From Mycoplasmatota bacterium (lineage in GTDB: Bacteria; Bacillota_I; Bacilli_A; RF39; UBA660), in assembly GCA_022763805.1 (NCBI GenBank), contig JALERC010000013.1:1-28628 (forward strand): a DNA stretch of 28,628 nt, written 5' to 3'. Position numbers and translations under genes: made by a program. How positions within the stretch are numbered: position 1 is the first letter of the stretch; each line of letters starts with the position of its first letter. Positions 7,910-16,345 of the stretch are shown piece after piece. The notes under the pieces were generated by a model. It had not been told where the DNA came from. It searched no databases and saw only the letters and a list, made by a program, of their open reading frames with translations.

Positions 7910-8170
7910 ATGGAAACATTAAAAGTATCAAGTAAATCAAATCCTAATTCAGTTGCTGGAGCTTTAGCTAATGTTATGAGAGAAAAGGGTAGTGTAGAAA
8001 TACAAGCTATAGGTGCTGGAGCACTAAACCAAGCAATTAAATCAATTGCTATTGCAAGAGGTTTTGTAGCACCTACAGGGAAAAATCTTTTCTGCATTCC
8101 CGCATTTACCGATATTACTATAGATGGTGAAGAAAGGACTGCTATTAAATTAATTGTAGAAGCTAAATAG
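7910..8170 (+). CDS. spoVS: Stage V sporulation protein S
   Basis: 86 aa, near-identical in pattern to Bacillus SpoVS (KVSSKSNPNSVAGALANV...IQAIGAGALNQAIKSIAIARGFVAP...CIPAFTDI..DGEERTAIKLIV). Confidence 0.9.
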   Translation: METLKVSSKSNPNSVAGALANVMREKGSVEIQAIGAGALNQAIKSIAIARGFVAPTGKNLFCIPAFTDITIDGEERTAIKLIVEAK

Positions 8171-8181
8171 CTTCCTTTTTT
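8159..8181 (+). terminator. Rho-independent terminator overlapping the spoVS stop codon
   Basis: gaagcta(8159-8165)/tagcttc(8168-8174), then a T-run at 8176-8181. Confidence 0.5.
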
Positions 8182-8273
8182 ATATATATTACTAAAATTA
8201 TTCTACATAATCTCATATTGACGATTATTATATTTTTTGTTAGAATAATAAAAGCTTAGGGATGGGTGATTTT

Positions 8274-9431
8274 ATGAAAAATATTTTAATCAGTAATTTG
8301 AATGAAAAAAATGTAGAACATTGTACAACAGACTTTGGTTTATGGTTAAGAAGAACAATTGATAAACCGTTTAAAAAGTTATGTAATATTTTTACAAATG
8401 CTAATATTATAAAAGAAAATCAAGGAGAAGGAATGACAGATGAAGAATATTTTAGTTCTCTAAATCTTGATTATATTCCACTAGAAAATTATGAAATAAG
8501 TAAAGATAAGAATAATATAATAGTTGAGCGCTATCCTAAATTAGAGTCAAATGAACCATATATATTTGTATGTAATCATACATGTCCAGAAGATATTGAA
8601 ACTGTTTTAAATATACTAGATAGAAATGCTTATTTAATACTAGGTTCTATTGAATCATTACAATATAATCCTGAAATGTATTTATCTTTTCTTAATGGGA
8701 TGATTCCATTTGATATAATGGATAATAAGCAAAGAAAAGAAGTATTTCAAAAAATGCTTAGAGTATTAAAAACTAATAGTATTTTAATTTTTCCTGAGGG
8801 TTCGCATAATTATAGCCCTAATAATTTAATTAATCCTTTATTTGATGGGCCTGTTAATTTAGCACTTCAAACTAAAAGAAAGATTGTTATTGTTACAATG
8901 GTAAAAGATCAAGAAAATAATGTTTCATATATAGACGTTAGTAATCCGATAGATATTGAAAAAATTGAAGTTGATTTAACTGGATTAAATTCAAATGATT
9001 ACAATAAAATTGAAAAATATTACATTAAAAGTTTGTCATCTAATTTAAGAGATAGAATGGCTACTGCTGTATATCATATAATATCTAGACATTTTGAAAC
9101 AATAACAAGAAATGAACATTTTGATATTGAAGAAAAAATAAGAATGGAAAAAATAAAAGATGCATTTTCTAAGTTAAAATGGAATCGTGATGTATTTGAT
9201 GCAGAATATTTAGTAAAAAAAACAAAGGATGATTTAGAATATGAAGATGTTTTATGTTCTATAAGTAATTTACTTATAAATAATCCATCAATGATAAAGT
9301 TATTAGGAAAAGAATGGATATTACTAAACGAAAGCATTTTAAGAAAAAATGTTGCTAATAGAACGAGAGAATACTGGGTTTCTACTCAAGAAAAATCTGA
9401 TACATCTAAGAAGATAAAAAAGAGAAAATAA
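8274..9431 (+). CDS. Lysophospholipid/glycerolipid acyltransferase family protein (PlsC-like) with a C-terminal extension of about 150 aa
   Basis: NHTCPEDIE (an H(X)4D-type acyltransferase motif) and FPEGSHN (FPEG motif). The start at ATG 8274 is favoured by the RBS GGGTGA at 8264-8269; the track start is 8262. Confidence 0.55.
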   Translation: MKNILISNLNEKNVEHCTTDFGLWLRRTIDKPFKKLCNIFTNANIIKENQGEGMTDEEYFSSLNLDYIPLENYEISKDKNNIIVERYPKLESNEPYIFVCNHTCPEDIETVLNILDRNAYLILGSIESLQYNPEMYLSFLNGMIPFDIMDNKQRKEVFQKMLRVLKTNSILIFPEGSHNYSPNNLINPLFDGPVNLALQTKRKIVIVTMVKDQENNVSYIDVSNPIDIEKIEVDLTGLNSNDYNKIEKYYIKSLSSNLRDRMATAVYHIISRHFETITRNEHFDIEEKIRMEKIKDAFSKLKWNRDVFDAEYLVKKTKDDLEYEDVLCSISNLLINNPSMIKLLGKEWILLNESILRKNVANRTREYWVSTQEKSDTSKKIKKRK

Positions 9432-9490
9432 TTTTATAAAATTTCTCTTTTTTTTTATGATATAATGGTTATAATTGGGAGGGGATAATA

Positions 9491-11359
9491 ATGATTGAAT
9501 ACGAAATACCATTCGTGTGTTTAATATTTACTACAATGATATCTATAATTTTTTTCTCTAAGAAAAAAATTGAATTAGAAGAAAATTATTATTTTAAAAA
9601 TATTTTAATATTCACTTTATTAGTTAATATATGCAATTTTGTTTCTCATTATGGCGCTAGTATATATTTGGTTGATACAGTAAATAATTGGTATGCTAAT
9701 TTATTTGCGATTATGAATAAAATCGGTTCTTGGTTTATTGTAATTATTACTTTTAATGTCATGTCATATATGCTATACATATCTTTTGAAAAATATAGAA
9801 ATAATTTTAAATTTTATAAGATGATTAATAATATATTTTATATAATTTTTGGTATTTTGATTATGAGTTTAGAATTTAATGTAATAAAAGAAGGGGCTAT
9901 TACTAGTGGCAATGGTTCATCTGTTTCTTTAGCTTTTGGATTAGTTTTTTTTAGTTTGATAATTGCTATTATAGTTGCTTTAGCAAACATTAAAGTATAT
10001 GATAAAAGATATATGTCTATTTATATTATAATTCCATTAATAATTGGATTAGGATTCTTTGTAATGTTTCATCCGGAATTTAATATATATGATTTAATAT
10101 TATGTTTGTTATGCTATTTGATGTATTTTACTATTGAAAATCCTGATATAAAAATGTTAAATCAAATGGAATTAGCCAAAAATGAAGCTGAAAGAGCTAA
10201 TAGAGCAAAATCAGATTTTTTATCTAGTATGTCACATGAAATAAGAACTCCATTAAATGCTATAGTAGGTTTATCTGAAGATAATTTAACGTATTATGAT
10301 AAACTACCTAATGAAGTTATAGAAAATTCTAAAGATATTTTAAATGCTTCACAAACATTACTTGAAATTGTAGGTAATATTTTAGATTTTAATAAGATAG
10401 AAGCTAATAAGATGGAAATAATTGATGGAGTATATAATTTTAAAGAAGAAATAGAAAATATGTGTAAGGTAACTCAAACACGAATTGGAGAAAAAAATAT
10501 AATATTTAATTTATCTATAGCAGATGATATTCCTTATGAATTAATAGGTGATAAAGGTAAGGTTAAAGAAATTATAAATAATTTATTAACAAACGCTATT
10601 AAATATACTGATCAAGGAAGTATAAATTTAAATATTAAATGTATAAATGATACTAATAAAAATATTTCTAACATAATTATTACTTGCCAAGATACTGGTA
10701 AGGGTATAAAAGCAGAACATATAAGTAGATTATTTAACAAGTTTGATAGATTAGATATTGAAAGAAATACAACAGCAGAAGGAACTGGACTTGGACTAGC
10801 TATTACTAAATCATTGGTTGAAATGATGGATGGTAAAATAAATGTTCAATCACAGTATGGTAAAGGTTCATTATTTATGGTTCAAATATCACAAAAGATC
10901 AGTAAATTAATTAAACCTATTACTGATAAAGATGTTTCTAAAATTTATAATGTTCAAAATGAAAATACTGTATTATATAAAGGTAAAAAATTATTAGTTG
11001 TAGATGATAATAAATTAAATATTAAAGTAGCTAGAAGAGCACTTAAAGATTTTAATTTTGTAATTGATGAATGTTATGATGGAAAAGAATGTTTAGAAAA
11101 AATTAATTCTGGTAATACTTATGATTTAATATTAATGGATATAATGATGCCTAATATGAATGGAGAAAAATGTATTGCTGAGTTAAAGAATTTAAAATCA
11201 TTTAATACACCAGTAATTGCTTTAACAGCTGATGCTATTGTTGGAGTAAAAGAAAAATATTTAAAAGAAGGATTTGTAGATTATATTGCCAAACCATTTT
11301 CTAAAGAACAAATAAAAGAGAAATTAGACAAAGTCTTTTCAAATAGTTCTTCATTATAA
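9491..11359 (+). CDS. Hybrid sensor histidine kinase/response regulator (orphan), 622 aa
   Basis: About six N-terminal TM helices, the HisKA H-box SHEIRTPLNAIVG, HATPase_c G-boxes (GKGIKAEHI, GTGLGLAITKSLVEMMDG), and a C-terminal receiver domain (LLVVDDNKLN...LILMDIMMPNMNG...KPF). The RBS is GGGAGGGG. Confidence 0.85.
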   Translation: MIEYEIPFVCLIFTTMISIIFFSKKKIELEENYYFKNILIFTLLVNICNFVSHYGASIYLVDTVNNWYANLFAIMNKIGSWFIVIITFNVMSYMLYISFEKYRNNFKFYKMINNIFYIIFGILIMSLEFNVIKEGAITSGNGSSVSLAFGLVFFSLIIAIIVALANIKVYDKRYMSIYIIIPLIIGLGFFVMFHPEFNIYDLILCLLCYLMYFTIENPDIKMLNQMELAKNEAERANRAKSDFLSSMSHEIRTPLNAIVGLSEDNLTYYDKLPNEVIENSKDILNASQTLLEIVGNILDFNKIEANKMEIIDGVYNFKEEIENMCKVTQTRIGEKNIIFNLSIADDIPYELIGDKGKVKEIINNLLTNAIKYTDQGSINLNIKCINDTNKNISNIIITCQDTGKGIKAEHISRLFNKFDRLDIERNTTAEGTGLGLAITKSLVEMMDGKINVQSQYGKGSLFMVQISQKISKLIKPITDKDVSKIYNVQNENTVLYKGKKLLVVDDNKLNIKVARRALKDFNFVIDECYDGKECLEKINSGNTYDLILMDIMMPNMNGEKCIAELKNLKSFNTPVIALTADAIVGVKEKYLKEGFVDYIAKPFSKEQIKEKLDKVFSNSSSL

Positions 11360-11392
11360 TTAGTATATAAATGAAAAATATTATATTTATGA

Positions 11393-11424
11393 CTTAGTTG
11401 GATTTCATACTCAACTAGGTTTTT
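11393..11424 (+). terminator. Rho-independent terminator after the hybrid kinase
   Basis: cttagttg(11393-11400)/caactagg(11412-11419), 8 bp including one G-U pair, then TTTTT at 11420-11424. Confidence 0.5.
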
Positions 11425-11572
11425 ATATTATAATAAAAAATAAAAATTAATAATAAACTTTCAAACTGTGATATTAATTTTTTATGATCTACTAAAAGTA
11501 GAGTAATTTAACTAAACCAAAAATTTCATATTATGCATATATAATTAAATGTGTGATAGCGTGAAAAGTTTT

Positions 11573-11674
11573 ATGGAAAATAAAAAAATTGGAAACATAA
11601 TTAAAGAATTAAGAAAGAAAAACAATTTAAAAGAAGGACTTGTAGATTATGTTGCTAAAGAACAAGTAAAGTGA
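11573..11674 (+). pseudogene. Chimeric gene remnant (33 codons): XRE-HTH-like N-terminus fused to a diverged copy of the 3' tail of the upstream kinase receiver domain
   Basis: It encodes MENKKIGNIIKELRKKNNLKEGLVDYVAKEQVK. Nucleotides 11630-11674 are about 90% identical to kinase positions 11263-11319 (LKEGFVDYIAKPFSKEQIKEK) apart from a 9-nt deletion. The first 19 aa resemble the start of an XRE-family HTH. I saw no convincing RBS. Confidence 0.4.
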
Positions 11675-11754
11675 TAAGCAATTTATCCATTTAATATTGT
11701 GTGTATAATATTAATAAGTGATTTTATTATTTATATGAAAGTGAGTGTGGTATT

Positions 11755-12144
11755 ATGGAAAAATCATGTGGTGCAATAATATTTAATGAGGGTAAAGTTT
11801 TAGTTGTAAAACAAACATCTGGTTTTTATGGATTTCCTAAAGGTCATGTAGAAAAAGGAGAAACGGAAAAAGAAACAGCAATACGTGAAACTAAGGAAGA
11901 GACAGGATTAGATATTAAGATAATATCTGATAAAAGATATACACAATCTTATATAGTAAAAGAAAATGTACATAAAGATGTAGTATTCTTCATAGCTAAG
12001 TTGGAAAATAATAACGAAAAAAGACAAGTTGAAGAAATAGAAGAAATATTATGGATAGATATTAATGAAGTTGAAAATATTTTAACTTATGATAGTTTAA
12101 AAGAACTTTGGAAAGAAGTGAAAAAAGATTTTTTAGTATTGTAA
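11755..12144 (+). CDS. NUDIX hydrolase (129 aa)
   Basis: The Nudix box GHVEKGETEKETAIRETKEETGL matches GX5EX7REUXEEXGU. Confidence 0.85.
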   Translation: MEKSCGAIIFNEGKVLVVKQTSGFYGFPKGHVEKGETEKETAIRETKEETGLDIKIISDKRYTQSYIVKENVHKDVVFFIAKLENNNEKRQVEEIEEILWIDINEVENILTYDSLKELWKEVKKDFLVL

Positions 12145-12185
12145 AAAAAATATAATATGGTATACTTGAAGTAGATAATAATAAA

Positions 12186-12289
12186 AGTCGTATATGTTCG
12201 ATAATATGGTTCGGACGTTTCTACAGATCACCTTAAATGACCTACTACGATAATTACGCATCTATTGAAGCTACCCTTCAAGTTTTTTG
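12186..12289 (+). ncRNA. Purine riboswitch (guanine class) with an intrinsic-terminator expression platform
   Basis: - P1: AGUCGUA(12186-12192) pairs with UACGAU(12246-12251).
- P2: GUUCGA/UCGGAC with loop UAAUAUGGU.
- Junction: J2/3 reads GUUUCUAC, identical to the consensus.
- P3: AGAUCA/UGACCU with loop CCUUAAA (consensus CCGUAAA).
- Discriminator: C at 12245, equivalent to C74, which indicates guanine/hypoxanthine specificity.
- Terminator: ttgaag...cttcaa plus a U-run at 12265-12289.
- Promoter: extended -10 TGgTATACT at 12158-12166.
- Downstream gene: an NCS2 purine permease. Confidence 0.8.
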
Positions 12290-12353
12290 AGTTTTAAGTC
12301 ATGCATGTGATTATGTATGGCTTTTATTTATCTAAATAATAGGAGGGTAGTAT

Positions 12354-13850
12354 ATGAGAAAAAAATTCTCAAAAAAACTTGATGATTTTTTCGGAATTAA
12401 AAAAAGTGGTTCTGAAATAAAAATCGAAATATTTGCAGGATTAGCAACATTCTTAGCAATGGCTTATATCCTTACTGTAAATCCAAATAATATATTATTT
12501 GGTGGACAATCTGATCCAAGATGGTCTAGTGTCTTTATAGCTACTGCATTAGGTGCAGGAATTGGTACTTTGTTAATGGCTTTGTTTGCCAAGATGCCAC
12601 TTGCACAAGCTCCTGGAATGGGACTTAATGCAACAATTGGTGGAGTTATTGGTGGAACATTAGGATTCTCTTATTCATTTGGTAATGCTATGATGATAGT
12701 ATTAATAAGTGGATTAATATTTTTAATGCTTTCATTAATGCCTGCTGGTAAAGATAAAATGGGAAGAAAAATTAGTGTAAGAGAAAAAATATTTGATGGT
12801 ATGCCTAAAGAAATACGTAATGCTATTCCTGTAGGTATTGGATTGTTTATAGCTTTAATTGGTATGAAAAATGCAAATATAGTTGTATCTAATAAGTGGA
12901 CATTATTACAATTAGTAGATTTAACTGATAAAGCAAATTGGGTTAGTAATGGTATTGCTAGAAATGCTGTTGTTGCCTTATTTGGATTAATGGTAATATC
13001 AATTCTATCTCATTATAAAGTTAAAGGTTCTGTAATTTTAGGTATATTATCTGCAACACTACTTGCACTACCATTAGGAGTAACTAATATAGATATATTA
13101 CTTGGAAAAACAGATGGTATAACATGGTCTTTTTTGGATAGTTTCAAAAATTTCTTCTCAATGAATCCTGAAAAAGGTGGTATATTCCTTTCATGTTTTA
13201 CTGAAGGATTTATATTTCCTAAAGGAAGTCTAATGACTACAGTAATGCTTGTTATGACTTTCTTAATGATTGATATGTTTGATACAATGGGAACAATTGT
13301 AGGGTGCTGTTGTAATGCTAAGTTAGTTGATAAAGAAGGAAAACCAAAAAATTATGATAAGATCATGAATAGTGATTCTATTGCTACTGTATCAGGAGCA
13401 GTACTTGGTACATCTACAGTTACAACTTTTGTTGAATCTGGAGCTGGTGTTGCAGAAGGTGGTAAAACAGGTCTTACTGCTCTTGTTGTAGCTTTATTAT
13501 TCTTTGCATCAATCTTTTTACTTCCAATATTTGCTTTTATTCCATCAGCAGCAGTTTCTAGTGCATTAATCTATGTTGGAGTACTAATGATGTCTAATAT
13601 TAAAAATATTGATTTTAATAATATAAGATATGCTGTTCCAGCTTTTTTAACTATTGTTATGATGCCACTTACTTATTCAATTACTAATGGAATAGGTATT
13701 GGAATAATTTCATATTTTATCATCAATGTAATTATCTATTTAATAGATAAATTTAGAAAAGTAGAGAATAATAAATTAAATATTTCAATTGTTACATTTA
13801 TAATTACAATATTATTCTTAATTTATTTCTTAGTACCAACAGTTTTTTAA
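12354..13850 (+). CDS. NCS2/AzgA-family purine permease (guanine/hypoxanthine permease, PbuG/PbuO-like), 498 aa
   Basis: Polytopic membrane protein carrying the AzgA-type signature (LAQAPGMGLNA, NATIGG...), regulated by the upstream guanine riboswitch. The RBS is AGGAGGG. Confidence 0.8.
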   Translation: MRKKFSKKLDDFFGIKKSGSEIKIEIFAGLATFLAMAYILTVNPNNILFGGQSDPRWSSVFIATALGAGIGTLLMALFAKMPLAQAPGMGLNATIGGVIGGTLGFSYSFGNAMMIVLISGLIFLMLSLMPAGKDKMGRKISVREKIFDGMPKEIRNAIPVGIGLFIALIGMKNANIVVSNKWTLLQLVDLTDKANWVSNGIARNAVVALFGLMVISILSHYKVKGSVILGILSATLLALPLGVTNIDILLGKTDGITWSFLDSFKNFFSMNPEKGGIFLSCFTEGFIFPKGSLMTTVMLVMTFLMIDMFDTMGTIVGCCCNAKLVDKEGKPKNYDKIMNSDSIATVSGAVLGTSTVTTFVESGAGVAEGGKTGLTALVVALLFFASIFLLPIFAFIPSAAVSSALIYVGVLMMSNIKNIDFNNIRYAVPAFLTIVMMPLTYSITNGIGIGIISYFIINVIIYLIDKFRKVENNKLNISIVTFIITILFLIYFLVPTVF

Positions 13851-13852
13851 AA

Positions 13853-13876
13853 AAAGCATTAATTTGCTTTTTTTCT
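13853..13876 (+). terminator. Rho-independent terminator after the permease
   Basis: aaagca(13853-13858)/tgcttt(13865-13870), then a T-run to 13876. The downstream promoter TTGCTT-17-TATAAT (13864-13892) overlaps it. Confidence 0.5.
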
Positions 13877-13918
13877 TTTATCATTGTATAATACAAACAA
13901 TTTGAAATGGGGGATAAT

Positions 13919-14368
13919 ATGGATATTAAAAATATTCTAAAAAAAATTAAAGAAATATTAAAACATGACTATATTGATATTTATTCTGTAGCAATATCTG
14001 AACTAGAATTTTTTGAAACAAATGGAAAATATGAAATGAATTATAAATATCCACAAAAAGAAAGATTATTATGTATCAAATCAGGAAAATATATGATAGA
14101 TATAAAGAATGGGAAAAAATATCCTATAGCAGGTAAAGAAGAAAAAGTTTCAAAAACTGAAAGAGATGCTCTAAATGGAAAAAAATATGCGTTATATTAT
14201 TTTAAAGATAAAAAATATAAAAATGATAAATATATTCAAAAAAGAGCTAAAAGTATATTAGCATTTGAAATTTCTAAAGTAATTGATTTTCCAATGGATA
14301 TAAGAGAAGAATATGATAAAAATTTTGAAGGCGAATCTAAAGTCATTGAATTTAAAAAATTAAGATAG
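13919..14368 (+). CDS. Hypothetical Lys-rich protein (about 149 aa), no recognised domain
   Basis: ORF with RBS GGGGGA before ATG 13919 (the track start is 13907). It is followed 43 nt later by the SufD-like gene. Confidence 0.45.
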   Translation: MDIKNILKKIKEILKHDYIDIYSVAISELEFFETNGKYEMNYKYPQKERLLCIKSGKYMIDIKNGKKYPIAGKEEKVSKTERDALNGKKYALYYFKDKKYKNDKYIQKRAKSILAFEISKVIDFPMDIREEYDKNFEGESKVIEFKKLR

Positions 14369-14410
14369 ATTTTCTATCTTTTTTTTTATATAATTAAAGA
14401 TGGTGAGAAC

Positions 14411-15385
14411 ATGCAAAAAGAACATATTAATAAAATTTCAAAATATGAATCATCTGATTTCAAACAATTTAGACTTAATAGTTATGAAATGTTTAAATCT
14501 AGTTTTAATCCTATTTATGGTCCAACAATCAAAGAAGATTTTGATAAGTATAATTATGAAAATACTCATTTAAATATAGATAAATATGATGATGGTGTAA
14601 TATACTGTGATATTAATACTGCATCTAAAAAATATAAAAATCTATTTGATAAATATTTTAATAATATAATTAAGTATGATGAACATAAATATACTATGTT
14701 TAATTCTGCTATGTTTTGTGGTGGTATGTTTATATATATCCCAAAGAATAAAAAAAATATTTCTCTTGACATAAAATGTGTTAATCCTATAGAAAGAACA
14801 ATAATAGTTGTAGATGAAAATTCAAGTTTGGAAATTAATGAATTTATAAATAATAATAAAAATATCTTAAATAATTATGTAGTAGAAATTTATGTAAATA
14901 AAAATGCAAAATTAATATATACTTCTAATCAAAATTTAGAAAAAAATATTTATAATTTGAATATTAAAAGAGCTTCTATTTTAGAAAACGGACATATTGA
15001 TTATTACTTAAATTCTTATGGATCATATATAACTTATGAATATCCATGTATTAGACTAGAGGGTGATAATTCATGTGCTAACGTGATTTTAAATGTTAAA
15101 TCAGAAGGTATACAAGAAATAGATTTAGGTAGTAAAATAATTCATATGGGAAAAAATACTAAAAGCAATATTGATAGTAACTTCACCGTATCAAAAAAAG
15201 GTTATGCTGCATATAGAGGTTTAGTTGAAATAAAAAAAGAAGCAAGTAATTCAATATGTAATATTAATTCCAATACATTTATAAATGATAATTATTCTAG
15301 GTGTGATATAATTCCAAAACATTTTGTTAATAATAATACATCAATAATTAATCAAAATTCAAACATTAAAAAACTGGAAGTATAA
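14411..15385 (+). CDS. Divergent, short SufB/SufD-family protein (FeS assembly SufD-like), 324 aa
   Basis: C-terminal SufBD signature pattern: HMGKNTKSNIDSNFTVSKKGYAAYRGLVEIKKEASNSICNINSNTFINDNYSRCDIIP (H..G..T.S.I..K.V......YRG.....A..S......D.L....). The N-terminus carries a SufD-like FRLNSYEMF...PTIKEDFDKYNY segment. The protein is about 100 aa shorter than canonical SufD. Confidence 0.5.
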   Translation: MQKEHINKISKYESSDFKQFRLNSYEMFKSSFNPIYGPTIKEDFDKYNYENTHLNIDKYDDGVIYCDINTASKKYKNLFDKYFNNIIKYDEHKYTMFNSAMFCGGMFIYIPKNKKNISLDIKCVNPIERTIIVVDENSSLEINEFINNNKNILNNYVVEIYVNKNAKLIYTSNQNLEKNIYNLNIKRASILENGHIDYYLNSYGSYITYEYPCIRLEGDNSCANVILNVKSEGIQEIDLGSKIIHMGKNTKSNIDSNFTVSKKGYAAYRGLVEIKKEASNSICNINSNTFINDNYSRCDIIPKHFVNNNTSIINQNSNIKKLEV

Positions 15386-15402
15386 TCTTCCAGTTCTTTT
15401 TT
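15373..15402. terminator. Bidirectional rho-independent terminator between the SufD-like gene (+) and ssb (-)
   Basis: actggaag(15373-15380)/cttccagt(15387-15394). A T-run at 15395-15402 serves the + strand and an A-run at 15368-15372 serves the minus strand. Confidence 0.55.
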
Positions 15403-15736
15403 AAGCTTCTTTCTTTTCTTTCTTTGTTGATAGAAATGTAACTTTTTCAGCAACTAGTTCCATTACTGAATGATGAGCATCTTCTGTAGTATATTCACGT
15501 GCTTGAACTCTTCCTTTAACTCCTACAAGATCTCCTTTTTGACAATAATTAACGACATTTTCAGCTATTCCTTGCCATAATACACATGGTATAAAGTCTG
15601 TTTCATATTCACCATTTACATTTTTATAACTTCTAGGTACCGCTAATGTAATATTAGTAACTTTTTTTCCATTTTCTGTCTCTTTTAATTCAGGCTCTCT
15701 TACAATTCTACCAACTATAACTGTTTGGTTTAACAT
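15401..15736 (-). CDS. ssb: Single-stranded DNA-binding protein, short form lacking the acidic C-terminal tail (SsbB-like), 111 aa
   Basis: OB-fold SSB motifs (VIVGRIVREPELK...ITLAVPRSYKN..GE.ETDFIPCVLWQGIAEN...CQKGDLVGVKGRVQAREY). It has no C-terminal DDDIPF-type tail and closely resembles Bacillus SsbB (YwpH). The RBS is GGGAGGTGA. Confidence 0.85.
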   Translation of the reverse strand: MLNQTVIVGRIVREPELKETENGKKVTNITLAVPRSYKNVNGEYETDFIPCVLWQGIAENVVNYCQKGDLVGVKGRVQAREYTTEDAHHSVMELVAEKVTFLSTKKEKKEA

Positions 15737-15905
15737 ATAATATCACCTCCCTTCGAGAGATAATAATATACTAAAAGAAATATTATTACAAACAAGCAAA
15801 TTTAAACAATTGAAAAGATTATTTCTTTAAAAATTTAAAAATTATTGGAAATTTTTGGTAATATGTATTTTAAAATATACATAATTTTAAAAATTGTTAA
15901 AAATT

Positions 15906-15935
15906 AAAAAAAGTGCAAAAAAATTATTTTTCACA
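15906..15935 (-). terminator. Imperfect hairpin terminator after the lipoprotein gene (minus strand)
   Basis: Complementary arms at about 15911-15924 and 15929-15942 with 2-3 mismatches, followed on the minus strand by a U-run (the + strand A-run at 15904-15910). Confidence 0.35.
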
Positions 15936-16232
15936 CTTTAATTCATATTCTTCACCAGTAATTTTATTTTTTTCAATTGTAAAAGTAATTTTAGTACTAC
16001 CTTTGCAACCTTCTAATGATTTTAATTTGTATTCTTTATTACCAGAATTATTAGCTTTTTTAAGCATATCTAAAGTAACATCCGCTTTATCAATTCCACT
16101 TACTCCAGACATATATGTTTGATAATAATCAGTTCCAGCATTCTTTAATTGTGTTTTTCTTTTATTATCTTTGTTGCATCCTGTTAGAAATAAACATCCA
16201 GCTAAAAGAATTAATAATGTTTTCTTTTTCAT
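15924..16232 (-). CDS. Small lipoprotein of unknown function (102 aa)
   Basis: Signal peptide with the lipobox LTGC (MKKKTLLILLAGCLFLTGCNK...). The RBS is AGAGGTGAA. Confidence 0.6.
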   Translation of the reverse strand: MKKKTLLILLAGCLFLTGCNKDNKRKTQLKNAGTDYYQTYMSGVSGIDKADVTLDMLKKANNSGNKEYKLKSLEGCKGSTKITFTIEKNKITGEEYELKCEK

Positions 16233-16287
16233 AATTCACCTCTATTATAATTATAACATAGATATTAAAAAAATATATAAATTTTGC

Positions 16288-16316
16288 TTGAATATATAAA
16301 TAAATAAGATTATAAT
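16288..16316 (+). promoter_or_regulatory. Candidate sigma-A promoter TTGAAT-17-TATAAT for the XRE regulator
   Basis: TTGAAT at 16288-16293, a 17-nt spacer, TATAAT at 16311-16316, about 30 nt upstream of ATG 16346. Confidence 0.4.
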
Positions 16317-16345
16317 ATATACGTTAAATTGATGGGAGGAAAAAT

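Noticed and set aside
7873-8097. Minus-strand ORF overlapping spoVS
   Set aside because: SpoVS on the + strand is unmistakable; this is an antisense artefact.
9074-9337. Minus-strand 87-aa ORF inside the acyltransferase gene
   Set aside because: Shadow ORF in AT-rich DNA with no translation signals.
14566-14772. Minus-strand 68-aa ORF inside the SufD-like gene
   Set aside because: Antisense artefact.
15913-16122. + strand 69-aa ORF opposite the lipoprotein gene
   Set aside because: The minus-strand lipoprotein has a signal peptide, lipobox and RBS. The + strand ORF has none of these.
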